From Tubiluchus corallicola (Eukaryota > Animalia > Priapulida), in assembly GCA_030141605.1 (NCBI GenBank), contig JAQGDQ010000060.1, positions 124,001-188,000 of the forward strand: 64,000 nucleotides of DNA, given 5' to 3'. Shown here in pieces: positions 52,200-64,000 of the stretch. The notes beneath the pieces were generated by a model. It was not told the origin of the DNA and did no database searches. It saw nothing but the letters and a program-made list of their open reading frames with translations. The position numbers and the translations under genes were made by a program. How positions within the stretch are numbered: the stretch's first letter is position 1; the number at the start of each line of letters is the position of its first letter.

Positions 52200-52555
52200 T
52201 GTTGTTTTTTGTTTCTCTCGGAAGGCTCATAGAGAAAACCAGAAAACACGTCGTCAAATTAAACCAGTTTATTATGCGAGAATTCTACAGCACAAAAGTA
52301 TGAAGGAACGCAAAATGTTTACTGTAAATGTGATAATCTAGAAACGTGAAAGAGAGAGAGCGTATCTGAGAATCTGAGAATACGAGGATTCAAGAGAATA
52401 AACTCCAGCGGCCAGCTCCACCTTATATATCAGTGCAAAGGAACAATCTAGAAATAGAAAGTTCTAGAAACTTCTACAAGAAGTTCCTAGAACCTCTTCC
52501 ACAAGGTAAGAAGATTGTTCTACTATACTATAGAATATTCCAGATCTCCACAACA
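52200..52555 (+). mobile_element. Solo LTR, family A, inserted in the SINE tail
   Basis: tgttg...caaca termini, TSD ttatt; collinear with 46256-46599. Confidence 0.88.
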
Positions 52556-52641
52556 TTATTATACATAATGTTTACTATAGTGAAACAAAACAAATTGACA
52601 CCATTACTCATAGCAGCGATGAATAGCTTGTACTATTTTAC

Positions 52642-52849
52642 CTGACGCCCTTTTCAAACTTCCCACCTTCCCAACAACCTTCATCAGTTTCATTTCCGTT
52701 CATGAACGATTCAGCATCCATCGTTAGCTGAAACGGAGTCTGCACATAGAAGTATTGAAACGTGTTACAGTAACACCGAGAAGCCAGGAAGAACGTGGAA
52801 TGGTCGCGAGAAGTTTCATTTCTTAATCTCATGATTTCCTCATAGTAAC
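52642..52849 (-). CDS. Cache-domain gene exon (YYEEIMRLRNETSRDHSTFFLASRCYCNTFQYF...GCWEGGKFEKGVR)
   Basis: tttcag acceptor and AG|gtaaaa donor; phase 1-2; joins in frame to give GVRADV. Confidence 0.85.
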
Positions 52850-52946
52850 CTGAAATGTGCAGTAAACTAAATTAAAAATGCCGAAGAGAAAATTTTGCGA
52901 TAAACAAATATTTTGAGTGAAAACTGCTTCTGCTGTCACCGCAAAC

Positions 52947-53563
52947 CTTGAAGGAAGACAGGATGATTTTTCAGATACTTCCCCATTTTCAAGTAGGTAA
53001 AATGTATACATTTAACACAATTAATACTACATACCATTTCTGATAATTAAATAATAGATTAAAACTTAATTAACGGCTTTAATGAACTAAAACAAAATTA
53101 ATTATTGATGACATCACAAACTAATATAATTTTCAACAGCAAAAATATTCCAGGAGCGTGTTGCATGTGTTTGTAAAAGTGAAAATTGAAGTACAGTACT
53201 ACTGCAAGATATTCAGTGTGTTGTACTAAAACTAAGCAAGTATTAAGATAAAAATTCAAATTTCAAATTTACTGCTGTGCTCGTGTGTAGTTCGTCAGAA
53301 ACTAATACATTTGAACTCAACGGAACAGCACCTGTTCTTTGTGCAATGCTTTTCCAAAATGCAGGTGCTAGTGCCTGTCTAACTAGCGAATGGCGAAACA
53401 CATGTAACAGAGAAGAACTAGTGGCGCGAATGTAAAATTGCATTTGTGTGGTAATAATTCTTTCACTCAAGTCATTTTTTAAAAAAATAGTATGTTTTCT
53501 TTCAATATTTTAAAGAGTAGATTGTTTTGACCTGCAGTTTAAGATCGGGTCCGGTTTTGCTTT
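52947..53563 (+). mobile_element. Second copy of the ~620-bp interspersed repeat (see 17157-17783)
   Basis: Collinear sequence similarity. Confidence 0.85.
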
Positions 53564-53860
53564 AATCCTTAGCCAACCAAATGTTTGCTCACATTTTTAT
53601 ACTGATGCATACAAAGAAAGGTTTTCAAACTAGTAGTGATTAAATATTTTTCAATTTGTTATGTATCCAAACCTTGGTTTCATTGAAAAGTAGAAATCAC
53701 GCTTTATTAGAAAGTAAAGTGCCAGATACTACTTGATGTCGTTACCCGCTTGGTATTTTATTTAGGTAAAACTTTAGAATTTACACAGCAGTATTTTTCT
53801 TTCTTGGCAGCACATGTTTACCTTGACAAGTGAGAAGCGCTGCAAACCTACAATTACAGC

Positions 53861-54220
53861 CTGCAGCGTGATTATTCTAACTGCAACGTGAATATTCTAA
53901 CTTCAACGTGAATATTCTAACTGCAACGTAAATATTCTAACTGCAACATGAATATTCTAACTGCAACGTGAATATTCTAACTTCAACGTGAATATTCTAA
54001 CTGCAACGTGAATATTCTAACTTCAACGTGAATATTCTAACTGCAACGTGAATATTCTAACTTTAACGTGAATATTCTAACTGCAACGTGAATATTCTAA
54101 CTGCAATGTGAATATTCTAACTGCAATGTGAATATTCTAACTGCAATGTGAATATTCTAACTGCAATGTGAATATTCTAACTTCAACGTGAATATTCTAA
54201 CTCCAATGTGAATATTCTAA
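53861..54220. repeat. Minisatellite, 20-bp unit (ctgcaacgtgaatattctaa), 18 copies
   Basis: Exact 20-bp period; contains the palindrome gaatattc. Confidence 0.97.
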
Positions 54221-54821
54221 CGATCTGCTGAGGAAATTTCATATTTGAGGACGTTCTTCATTTAGCAATATGGCAGGATCTTTTGCTGTACAGATTATTA
54301 AGATACACATGAAGATGAAATTTTAACAGTGCTGTAAACATTGAACATCGTTAACCTATCATAAGAATTGTCATAAGACTTGACAAACCACGCATAAGCA
54401 ATATAGTGCAATGGTGGAATGTCTCTTTTTATCCTTAGTGCCCTAACTCATATATCAATGCCAGCTTGTCGCAGAACTTGGTCACCTCGATAGTCAATTG
54501 GCCATTCTATAAAGTTAGTCCCATGTTAGACAAAACATTCATGGGATAATTTGTTATGCCGCTTGGTCTCTATCATAATTTAAAATTCTTGGTAAGCTAA
54601 GAGTTAAACCAATGGTCGTCTTGCCTTTTGTGTATGTTCATTAGTACACATAATAAACTGAGCCATTCTGCATAGCTTTGCAAATTGTTTATTACTCTAA
54701 ACTGATATTTCGTTTTACCATCGAAGGATATACTTCTTGCTATACATTCAAACATAGTGTATAAATATACGTCAAAGTTTTAACACATTGAATGTGGGAA
54801 AGATTTCCTGGCACATTCACA

Positions 54822-57420
54822 CGTATCAAAGTATGGACAATTAAAGTGCTCCACAGTAAAGCATACAGGCTGTGCTATGCAGTGTGCTCACCCCATGTAA
54901 CAGAGTATGGACAATCAAAGTGCTCCACAGTAAAGCATACGAGCTGTGCTATACAGTGTGCTCACCCCATGTATCAAAGTATGGACAATCAAAGTGCTCC
55001 ATAGTAAAGCATACGGGCTGTGCTATGCAGTGTGCTCACCCCATGTATCAGAGTATGGACAATCAAAGTGCTCCACAGTAAAGCATACGGGCTGTGCTAT
55101 ACAGTGTGCTCACCCCATGTATCAAAGTATGGACAATTAAAGTGCTCCATAGTAAAGCATACGGGCTGTGCTATACAGTGTGCTCACCCCATGTATCAAA
55201 GTATGGACAATCAAAGTGCTCCATAGTAAAGCATACGGACTGTGCTATGCAGTGTGCTCACCCATGTATCAGAGTATGGACAATCAAAGTGCTCCATAGT
55301 AAAGCATACGGGCTGTGCTATACAGTGTGCTCACCCCATGTATCAAAGTATGGACAATCAAAGTGCTCCACAGTAAAGCATACGGGCTGTGCTATACAGT
55401 GTGCTCACCCCATGTATCAGAGTAAGGACAATTAAAGTGCTCCACAGTAAAGCATACGGGCTGTGCTATGCAGTGTGCTCACCCATGTATCAGAGTATGG
55501 ACAATCAAAGTGCTCCATAGTAAAGCATACGGGCTGTGCTATACAGTGTGCTCACCCCATGTATCAAAGTATGGACAATCAAAGTGCTCCACAGTAAAGC
55601 ATACGGGCTGTGCGATGCAGTGTGCTCACCCATGTATCAGAGTATGGACAATCAAAGTGCTCCATAGTAAAGCATACGGGCTGTGCTATACAGTGTGCTC
55701 ACCCCATGTATCAAAGTATGGACAATCAAAGTGCTCCACAGTAAAGCATACAGGCTGTGCTATGCAGTGTGCTCACCCCATGTAACAGAGTATGGACAAT
55801 CAAAGTGCTCCACAGTAAAGCATACGGGCTGTGCTATACAGTGTGCTCACCCCATGTATCAAAGTATGGACAATCAAAGTGCTCCATAGTAAAGCATACG
55901 GGCTGTGCTATGCAGTGTGCTCACCCCATGTATCAGAGTATGGACAATCAAAGTGCTCCACAGTAAAGCATACGGGCTGTGCTATACAGTGTGCTCACCC
56001 CATGTATCAAAGTATGGACAATTAAAGTGCTCCATAGTAAAGCATACGGGCTGTGCTATACAGTGTGCTCACCCCATTTATCAAAGTATGGACAATCAAA
56101 GTGCTCCATAGTAAAGCATACGGACTGTGCTATGCAGTGTGCTCACCCATGTATCAGAGTATGGACAATCAAAGTGCTCCATAGTAAAGCATACGGGCTG
56201 TGCTATACAGTGTGCTCACCCCATGTATCAAAGTATGGACAATCAAAGTGCTCCACAGTAAAGCATACGGGCTGTGCTATACAGTGTGCTCACCCCATGT
56301 ATCAGAGTAAGGACAATTAAAGTGCTCCATAGTAAAGCATACGGGCTGTGCTATACAGTGTGCTCACCCCATGTATCAGAGTATGGACAATCAAAGTGCT
56401 CCATAGTAAAGCATACGGGCTGTGCTATGCAGTGTGCTCACCCCATGTATCAGAGTATGGACAATCAAAGTGCTCCATAGTAAAGCATACGGGCTGTGCT
56501 ATGCAGTGTGCTCACCCCATGTATCAGAGTATGGACAATCAAAGTGTTCCATAGTAAATCATACGGGCTGTGCTATGCAGTGGGCTCACCCCATGTATCA
56601 GAGTATGGACAATCAAAGTGCTCTATAATAAAGTATACAGGCTGTGCTATGCAGTGTGCTCACCCCATGTATCAGAGTATGGACAATCAAAGTGCTCTAT
56701 AATAAAGTATACAGGCTGTGCTATGCAGTGTGCTCACCCCATGTATCAGAGTATGGACAATCAAAGTGTTCCATAGTAAATCATATGGGCTGTGCTATGC
56801 AGCGGGCTCACCCCATGTATCAGAGTATGGACAATCAAAGTGCTCTATAATAAAGTATACAGGCTGTGCTATGCAGTGTGCTCACCCCATGTATCAGAGT
56901 ATGGACAATCAAAGTGCTCTATAATAAAGTATACAGGCTGTGCTATGCAGTGTGCTCACCCCATGTATCAGAGTATGGACAATCAAAGTGTTCCATAGTA
57001 AAGCATACAGGCTGTGCTATGCAGTGTGCTCACCCCATGTATCAGAGTATGGACAATCAAAGTGCTCCACAGTAAAGCATACAGGCTGTGCTATGCAGTG
57101 GGCTCACCCCATGTATCAGAGTGCTCTATAATAAAGAGTATGGACAATTAAAGTGCTCCATAGTAAAGCATACGGGCTGTGCTATGCAGTGTGCTCACCC
57201 CATGTATCAGAGTATGGACAATCAAAGTGCTCTATAATAAAGTATACAGGCTGTGCTATGCAGTGTGCTCACCCCATGTATCAGAGTATGGACAATCAAA
57301 GTGTTCCATAGTAAAGCATACAGGCTGTGCTATGCAGTGTGCTCACCCCATGTATCATAATCAATCAAAGTGCTCCACAGTAAAGCATACGGGCTGTGCT
57401 ATGCAGTGTGCTCACCCCAT
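54822..57420 (-). repeat. 74-bp tandem array, ~35 copies; each unit carries ATGGG|GTGAGC, a 5' splice-site-like sequence
   Basis: Unit (+) gtatcagagtatggacaatcaaagtgctccatagtaaagcatacgggctgtgctatgcagtgtgctcaccccat; the array edge coincides with a candidate exon end at 57416. Confidence 0.97.
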
Positions 57421-57460
57421 TCCGTCGTCCTAGAGTTCTCTTCCTTGTGCAGATGCAAAT
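57416..57460 (-). CDS. Candidate 45-nt symmetric cassette exon of the Cache-domain gene (DLHLHKEENSRTTEWG)
   Basis: catag acceptor with a weak pyrimidine tract, strong donor TGG G|gtgagc, phase 1-1 compatible; the gene is also in frame without it. Confidence 0.4.
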
Positions 57461-57779
57461 CTATGATCTAACTACTTATCACCTATTCTTCCTAAAAAAC
57501 GTGTTTTTGCGAATGAACTTATTTAGAACTGTGCAGGCACTATGACATTTTATTCATCCAGGTAACTCACACTAAATTCTGGTTTTGTCAATTTATATTT
57601 GGCTAGATAATAACTAATTTGGCAACAAACTCATAAAAATAATAATCTCGATGTAAAGATAATAGTCTTAAAAATAATAATTCATTCACCTTTTTGCAAC
57701 TGAATTTTGCACGTTGAATTTATTCACCGTGAGTTTAATAAACGGCATCCATTGTATATAAAACAAAAAGTTAATGTAC

Positions 57780-57885
57780 CTGAAAACTCATCTTCCACAC
57801 TTGAATCTGCAATATCAGGAATATGATGGAAGAAATTCGTGAAATTCTCATTTACCAATGCTGTATCTGACAACCTAGTCAGCAC
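57780..57885 (-). CDS. Cache-domain gene exon (VLTRLSDTALVNENFTNFFHHIPDIADSSVEDEFS)
   Basis: ttgtttag acceptor and G|gtacat donor; phase 0-1. Confidence 0.8.
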
Positions 57886-58049
57886 CTAAACAATAAAGAA
57901 AAACCGGAAAGTTGAATTCTGCAATCATTTTCCAGCAGCTTTTTACACCTGAAATGCTGTTGCCAATGACACTGTAACAAATGTATCAGTTAGTCTTAAG
58001 TGATGGACCATCATTATCAAATCACATAATTAAGACTCATGTATTTCGA

Positions 58050-58795
58050 AACCAGGTAATAAAGTCATAGGTAAAAAAGTCACAGGTACAGTACAAGAGT
58101 CACAGGTACAAAAGTCACAGGTACAAGAGTCATGGGTACAAGAGTCACGGGTACAAGAGTCACGGGTACAAAAGTCACAGGTACAAAAATCACTGGTACA
58201 AGAGTCACAGGTACAAAAGTTGCAAAAAAGTCCCAGGAAAAACGGCATAGGAAAAAAGAAATAACCCTAACCCTAACTTTAACCCTAACCCTAACCTTAA
58301 CCGTAACCCTAACCCAAACTTTGCATGTTGCTAGTACAGAGGAACTCGAAGAATGACTAACAAACCTATACCAAACAACAACATTACCTTTTAATATAAA
58401 TAACTTTGACCCAAAATTAAAAAAATTCAGTTTTTCTTTCTGAGGGGAAACAATATATTCATTGTTCAATAAAAAGACTTATAATAATAATTTCTGGTAG
58501 TTCTTTACTAACATCATCATATTTGACCTAGTACAGCAATATATTGGTTTTAATTACCTTAATTAGCAATTAGAATAGCTAGGTATACTTTGTGATGGGC
58601 TTGTTGTTTCTGTTAAACTGCACTCCTGTAAATTTTGCAGCCTGAGGCAACTTGATCAGCATTTATTTGCTTTTTGGCAAAGGCAACTATTTCAAATAAA
58701 TGTTTATGAAAAACTCTAATCCAAGCCACAATTAATTGTGACTTTCTTCTAACTAAAATTGTGGCTTTTTTCCGTGACTTTTTTATCGGTCACTG
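58050..58795. mobile_element. Non-autonomous element with internal 15-bp (gtcacaggtacaaaa) and (taaccc)n tracts; shorter relative at ~49550-49779
   Basis: Both copies share aaaaagtcac..ggaaaaaagaaataac.ctaaccctaac ... aaaattgtg.ctttt..gtga.ttt.ttatcg.tcac.g; Helitron/Helentron-like organisation is an inference. Confidence 0.6.
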
Positions 58796-58828
58796 TTATT
58801 TCAAATCCTTTTTTTACTTTTTTACTTC

Positions 58829-59103
58829 GACCAGATGGTTTAGTCTTGTGGTAATGCGTCTGCTTTCCGTCTGGGAGGTCGTGAGTTCGAACCAGCGGAC
58901 GGGTCATAGCAAAGACTTTAAAAATGGTACCTGCTGTTGCCCTGCCTGACGCGTGGTGTTTAGGGTAAAAGTGGTGTAATAATAGTCTCTGTTATGTAGT
59001 TGTAGGTTGTTATTTACAGTCGGCAATAATAGCTCTTTGAGCTAATGTTAATTGTTGACACAAAAGCTGACTTTAAATAAAGATTATTATTATTATTATT
59101 ATT
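58829..59103 (+). mobile_element. tRNA-derived SINE with (ATT)n tail
   Basis: tggtttagtcttgtggta (A box), gagttcgaacc (B box), gtcatagcaaagacttta body, attattatt tail. Confidence 0.8.
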
Positions 59104-59169
59104 TGCATAATTCTATACAATTTGTATTTATGTAAATCTAAGCAAGCGAAGCAAATGCCGCCGACTCAC

Positions 59170-59250
59170 TTTATCTTCCTCTGGTATAACAAAAGCAAAT
59201 GAATATTCAGAATTCTCCAGTGTGGTGTAGTAGTAAGTTCTCTTGCCGGT
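59170..59250 (-). CDS. Cache-domain gene exon (TGKRTYYYTTLENSEYSFAFVIPEEDK)
   Basis: tgtttcag acceptor and AAA|gtgagt donor; matches the alpha2delta RTY.....gtdYSL.LV.P strand. Confidence 0.9.
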
Positions 59251-59630
59251 CTGAAACAAAACCACATTTCACATGAAGAAATGGAAGGCAAACATGTCTC
59301 TCACAATCTTTTCAAAAACGTTTATAACTTTCGCCATTAATAATGCTGTTACAAGCTTTTTATCCGGTGTCGGAAAGAACAAAATGTGTAACTGGAAGCT
59401 CGTTATTCGCTGTTCATCTGCTTAAGTTTGCAAATCAAAATGCTTGCTTTAAATCCACATTCTCCCATCATACACACTCAAATAACTCCTGTATGTATCA
59501 AATATAGCAGTATTTCGCATAGATTCACACCAGTAGAAGAACTAAAATATTATTTTCCAAAACACTAGCTCAATTCGAAACAAAAACATCAGAAATTAAA
59601 GAGTTAAAAATGCAAAATGTGATTTTTTTG

Positions 59631-60026
<396 letters not shown>

Positions 60027-60331
60027 GCATGCTATTTTAGAGTGATTCTGTTTATAGTAAGGCTTGTGTTCTTCACCTTGTTGAAAGGGGTTATCTGAAA
60101 ACTGACAAAAAAACTGCGACGAACTTAGCATTTCAACTTTTCGAGGTTTATTGTTCATGAGATCATACAGCAGTCTTCTAACATAAGCAGTCTGCACTGC
60201 TTAGTGTGTGTTGGGCCTGGTTTGCAGAACGATGAACAGCGTTACAAAAACAATTACACACCAGCATCAAAACACGGCGGAAAAAACTTTGCTACGAAAA
60301 TGAAAATACAAAACTGAACTAAGCACTGTAC

Positions 60332-60475
60332 CATGTATCTGCCGGAATCGCTTAACGTGCAATTGCCAGTCCTTCCAGACATCATTTCTTCCTGAATTTT
60401 TGCAAATTCTGGTGGACTTCCAGCAACGTCTTGCTCCAGCTGATTAATCCGTACAAAAAACGGATCGTCCACCAA
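60332..60475 (-). CDS. Cache-domain gene exon (LVDDPFFVRINQLEQDVAGSPPEFAKIQEEMMSGRTGNCTLSDSGRYM)
   Basis: atttttag acceptor; donor ATG|gtacag (exact 3' end less sure); phase 0. Confidence 0.82.
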
Positions 60476-60600
60476 CTAAAAATATGAAATAAAATCGTAC
60501 TGTTACACTTGTAGCAAAAAAGAGTAATGCCCTGCAAAATAAAGGTTTTATGCGAAGTTATGATTAGAAGTACATAGTGAAATACATGATAATAACAAAC

Positions 60601-60745
60601 CTCACTACTAGGTTTTAGCAATGGATGAAAATAAGTGTCCCCTTCACCATCAATCATAAAAGCCGATACGCCTCCCCACTTCTGCTTTTCGATGAAAGTG
60701 ACGATGTCATCCAATGTGACATCTATGCCAGAGACACCTATTGTA
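60601..60745 (-). CDS. Cache-domain gene exon (TIGVSGIDVTLDDIVTFIEKQKWGGVSAFMIDGEGDTYFHPLLKPSSE)
   Basis: cttttcag acceptor and GAG|gtttgt donor; GV.GIDV and AF.ID..G....HP dCache_1 motifs. Confidence 0.93.
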
Positions 60746-61105
60746 CTGAAAAGAATACTCGGTTATTCGCAAACTCACTTTCCTCCGTCTACTTTCTTTA
60801 ATGCGTAATTTAAACTAATATCTTCCATCACAATACTGTTTTTAACTCTGTGTTACCATATCTATCTGTATCTATTTCTTTGCTCATGCTTTCAATGTTT
60901 TTTCATGCTCTTTCTTGCAATGATTTCACTTGATCAGAATTTCTTTTACTTGTCTATATTGCCTGTATTAAATAATAATAATATTTTTCTGTTGACTGTG
61001 TGAAATAAATATTTTCAAATAACTTCACTTCTACAGAATTTTTTTTAGCTTGTATTAAATAATTTTCAAAATGATTTTACTTTTGTTTTCCTCGTAACAT
61101 ATTAA

Positions 61106-61517
61106 CCCTTTCAGTCCCAAATTATTTTTTTAATAAGAAAAATTTTTTTGCCTTGGTACTTTCGTTCAGTATGTCCATCTCGTTTACACATAATAATTAT
61201 TTTTTTCTGCCTGTGCCCACGTGCTAAATATAGCCTTAAAATGTGCTTCATTTTGCAACTGCTGATAATTTTTTAAAGTATTTAAGACATTTAGTATGCA
61301 TGCTATGCTGATCTGTACAAAGTCGTCTCTAAAGTACTGTACCTTGCGCAGTTTTTTATGCTATGTAGATTTTCTAGTTTGCCATTTTATCACTTTTAGT
61401 CTATTGTTATTGGCTTAAATCAAAATAACTACTAACAGATCAAATAACTGTCAGTTTTAAAATTTTATTACCAGAAAATATTCTGGTATCCCACGTTATA
61501 CAACAGGTATGAAAGGG
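61106..61517. mobile_element. piggyBac-type MITE
   Basis: TTAA|ccctttca ... tgaaaggg|TTAA. Confidence 0.8.
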
Positions 61518-61630
61518 TTAAAGTCTTTGCTTTATGTTTTTAACTTATTTCTATACTTTACATAATGTATTGCTCTGGGTATGGCACAGACTGCGTGTGA
61601 GCGAAGTGTTCAGCACGTATAAACTTGTAT

Positions 61631-61668
<38 letters not shown>

Positions 61669-61752
61669 AAAGATTTTAAGAGTGTGCCATATTTCTAATT
61701 TTTTAACCTGGCAACACTACACTCAGTGTTTATCAAAACTCAAAAAACGTAC

Positions 61753-61957
61753 TGATTTACTACTGTGCTAAAAGCAGGTACAGGATAAGCTACAATGAGT
61801 CCAAGACCAGAAGCATCTTGATACGGCGATGTCCAAAATCCGTGCAAATTGCTACTCGACCTAGCCAAAAACTCAAAAAAGTTTGACAGTTTGGAAATAG
61901 TGTTCGTGGCGTCATGCAAAATGCGGAAGGCGCCTCCATTTTCACAAGCGAGCTCTC
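61753..61957 (-). CDS. Cache-domain gene exon spanning the VWA end and Cache return (ELACENGGAFRIL...FWTSPYQDASGLGLIVAYPVPAFSTVVN)
   Basis: attttag acceptor and CA|gtacgt donor; ACEN.G and WT.PY.DA.GLGL motifs are characteristic of alpha2delta/CACHD1. Confidence 0.93.
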
Positions 61958-61995
61958 CTAAAATATAAAGAATGAGAATTAGTAGTAAGATAAAG

Positions 61996-62366
61996 TGTTG
62001 TGGAGATCGCTAGCGTCTATTAGAATTACATGGAACATTGTAGAATGTTCCACTGGAATGATCATCTTACCGTGTGGAATGTTCTGGAACAAAACTTCTG
62101 GAAGCTTCTCGGGCGCGCTATATAAGGCGAAGCAGGCCACTGAGACGGGGCACGCTGATTCACACGGACACCACTTACGCATTCTCTTGTATACTTACAT
62201 TTTCAGACACATTTAAAATGTTTTCCAGATTTTCACATTTAGTGTAAACATTTCGCGTTCCTTCATACTTTTGTGTTGTAGAATTCTCGCTTAATAAACT
62301 AGTTTAATTTGACGGCGTGTTTTCTGGTTTGCTCTACGAGCCTTCCGAGAGAAACAAAACACAACA
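61996..62366 (-). mobile_element. Solo LTR, family A variant (different central region)
   Basis: tgttg...caaca termini, perfect TSD taaag; one ~130-bp end and the other terminus match the two + strand copies. Confidence 0.85.
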
Positions 62367-62910
62367 TAAAGAGAAATATAAGGGAAACAAAAAGCAAAAA
62401 TAATAGCAATGCGGGAAATCAAATCAAATAAAACGCAGACTAGGACAATATAAGAAAATTAGCATCAGTCTCACAGGCATAAAAACTAGTATAGACCATA
62501 GTCCTTGCCCATTTCTCTTAGTTATTCAGTTTGATACAATAAGAGACTAACATCTATGTTCTGCTGCTGCTTTCCCTTTTTTGATCTAAAGCTCAGCTAT
62601 CTTTACAAGAAAACTTACAACTATAACTAATCAGCAATAAAGATAAAAAAATTATCGTATCAACATGAAATATTAGTTTTAATCATCTTCGTATCGATAT
62701 TATTCTAGAAATATCATTACAGTATCGCCAAATGTATCGTTACGGTACAGCTTACTCTTATGGGATCGTTGGAAAAAAGTATCGTATCTTATCGCCAAAT
62801 GTGTATCGTTTAACATCCCTAAATCGAAAGAGGCTGACTACAATGGGGAAGAAGCAATAGCTACACGCAAACCATCCTTAACATATTTGAATACTGATAA
62901 TTGATAATAC

Positions 62911-63066
62911 CAGGCAAGCTTGTAGAAGAACGACTTGTGTAATCCGTCAAATATGTGAATATTTTCACAGTGGCGTCAGCGTTATATTGCTTTACAGTTT
63001 TCCGCACGACATCCCACTGGTAGCTGCACTCCGGACCAGGGACGTATCCACTTCTAGTGTAATAGC
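62911..63066 (-). CDS. Cache-domain gene exon in the VWA region (YYTRSGYVPGPECSYQWDVVRKTVKQYNADATVKIFTYLTDYTSRSSTSLP); gene continues beyond the window
   Basis: tttttag acceptor; donor CCT G|gtatta gives the phase 1 needed by the next exon; V.IFTY VWA strand. Confidence 0.82.
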
Positions 63067-64000
63067 CTAAAAATGAACTATGAACTATGAATTTTACTTC
63101 ACACATCAAAAAACAATATCAAACATATTAATAAATTTTACATAAAATAATTTGAGTAATGCGAGGTGAGTGTACGACCGTACGGTCATTAACACACTCA
63201 CCTTACTTAAATGAAAAAAATGATTATAGTTATGTGTGCTTCTGTAGATAACTTATTGTAAATAAGGATGAAGTAAATGATGTAGTAATAGCAATAGTAT
63301 AAGAGCAATAAACCTGAAAGTTGAGAAAGGAAAACAGAATATGTAATTACGACTTTGAGTGAGCCTTAAAGAGTGAAATTTTTTTTAAATAGTTACGAAT
63401 TTGAATTATGTGATTATCTGTCAATGCACCGCTTACTTGTAATACAATGCACCATATTGCTTACTTGTATATACAACGATGTACATATACACATATATGT
63501 ACCCAAATATAAGTGGGGAGAAGAGATTAAATTATATATTATGTTTGTAGTAATAACTATAACTGTATAGAACATTTAAATCTAATTGATGGTAGTAATG
63601 TAGCCATCATAACCATTAAAGATGGGCTACGGGGAGGGGGGAGGCAAATTATAAGAATACAAGTGATTCAATAGCAAAATTAATGCTACAATAATACATT
63701 CAAAATTTTTTGTATCATGAGGAAAATAATGTTGATTATATTTGCAGGCAGCAAAAATTGCAAATGATCAACTTCCTCATTTTCCTAGTTAGGAAGACAG
63801 GAATGAGTGGGTAAAAATCATTCAAGCAAACAGAGAAAGAACGTTGTAGTTTAATTTAAATGGAGTATTTATCAGGGCGTAGCTTTAAAAATATTTGACA
63901 CTTTTCTTTTATCTTTTGACTCCGTGATCTTTTTACGTAAATGAGAGTTGCATGACTGATCAACAAGTCAAAAACAAAATCACGTTTCTTAGTTTTATAT

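Noticed and set aside
54792-57433. Cluster of Cys-rich short ORFs; CRISPR-like appearance
   Set aside because: They are translations of a 74-bp tandem repeat; there are no unique spacers or cas genes and the DNA is eukaryotic.
58261-58318. (TAACCC)n as a telomere or fusion scar
   Set aside because: Short, degenerate and internal to a dispersed element that recurs at ~49640.
63747-63850. THAP-like peptide (HFPS*EDRNEWVKII)
   Set aside because: Weak resemblance with an in-frame stop and no Cys/His ligands seen; at most a decayed transposon fragment.

Overview
AT-rich, intron-containing eukaryotic (invertebrate-animal-like) genomic DNA with three protein-coding genes. (1) The 3' end of a + strand gene for a large Ser/Thr-rich, probably nuclear, disordered protein (1-4790). 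(2) A complete six-exon Rab10 gene on the - strand (34127-13819, 200 aa). Its first intron holds a second, diverged but intact copy of coding exon 1 (30835-30709) with a different P-loop and switch I. (3) The 3' ~750 codons of a - strand Cache-domain (alpha2delta/CACHD1-family) gene (63066-38283) ending in a GPI-signal-like tail. In gene 3, a 72-bp unit containing the 3' splice site and the first codons of one exon is amplified 23 times, in frame and without stops. A 74-bp unit containing a 5' splice site is amplified about 35 times. Introns and intergenic DNA are full of MITEs (hAT, Tc1/mariner, piggyBac types), solo LTRs with 5-bp TSDs, tRNA-derived SINEs, LINE 3' ends, mini/microsatellites and two inverted-repeat hairpins. 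All exon calls were read by eye from GT-AG signals, frame and phase continuity; no database search was possible.
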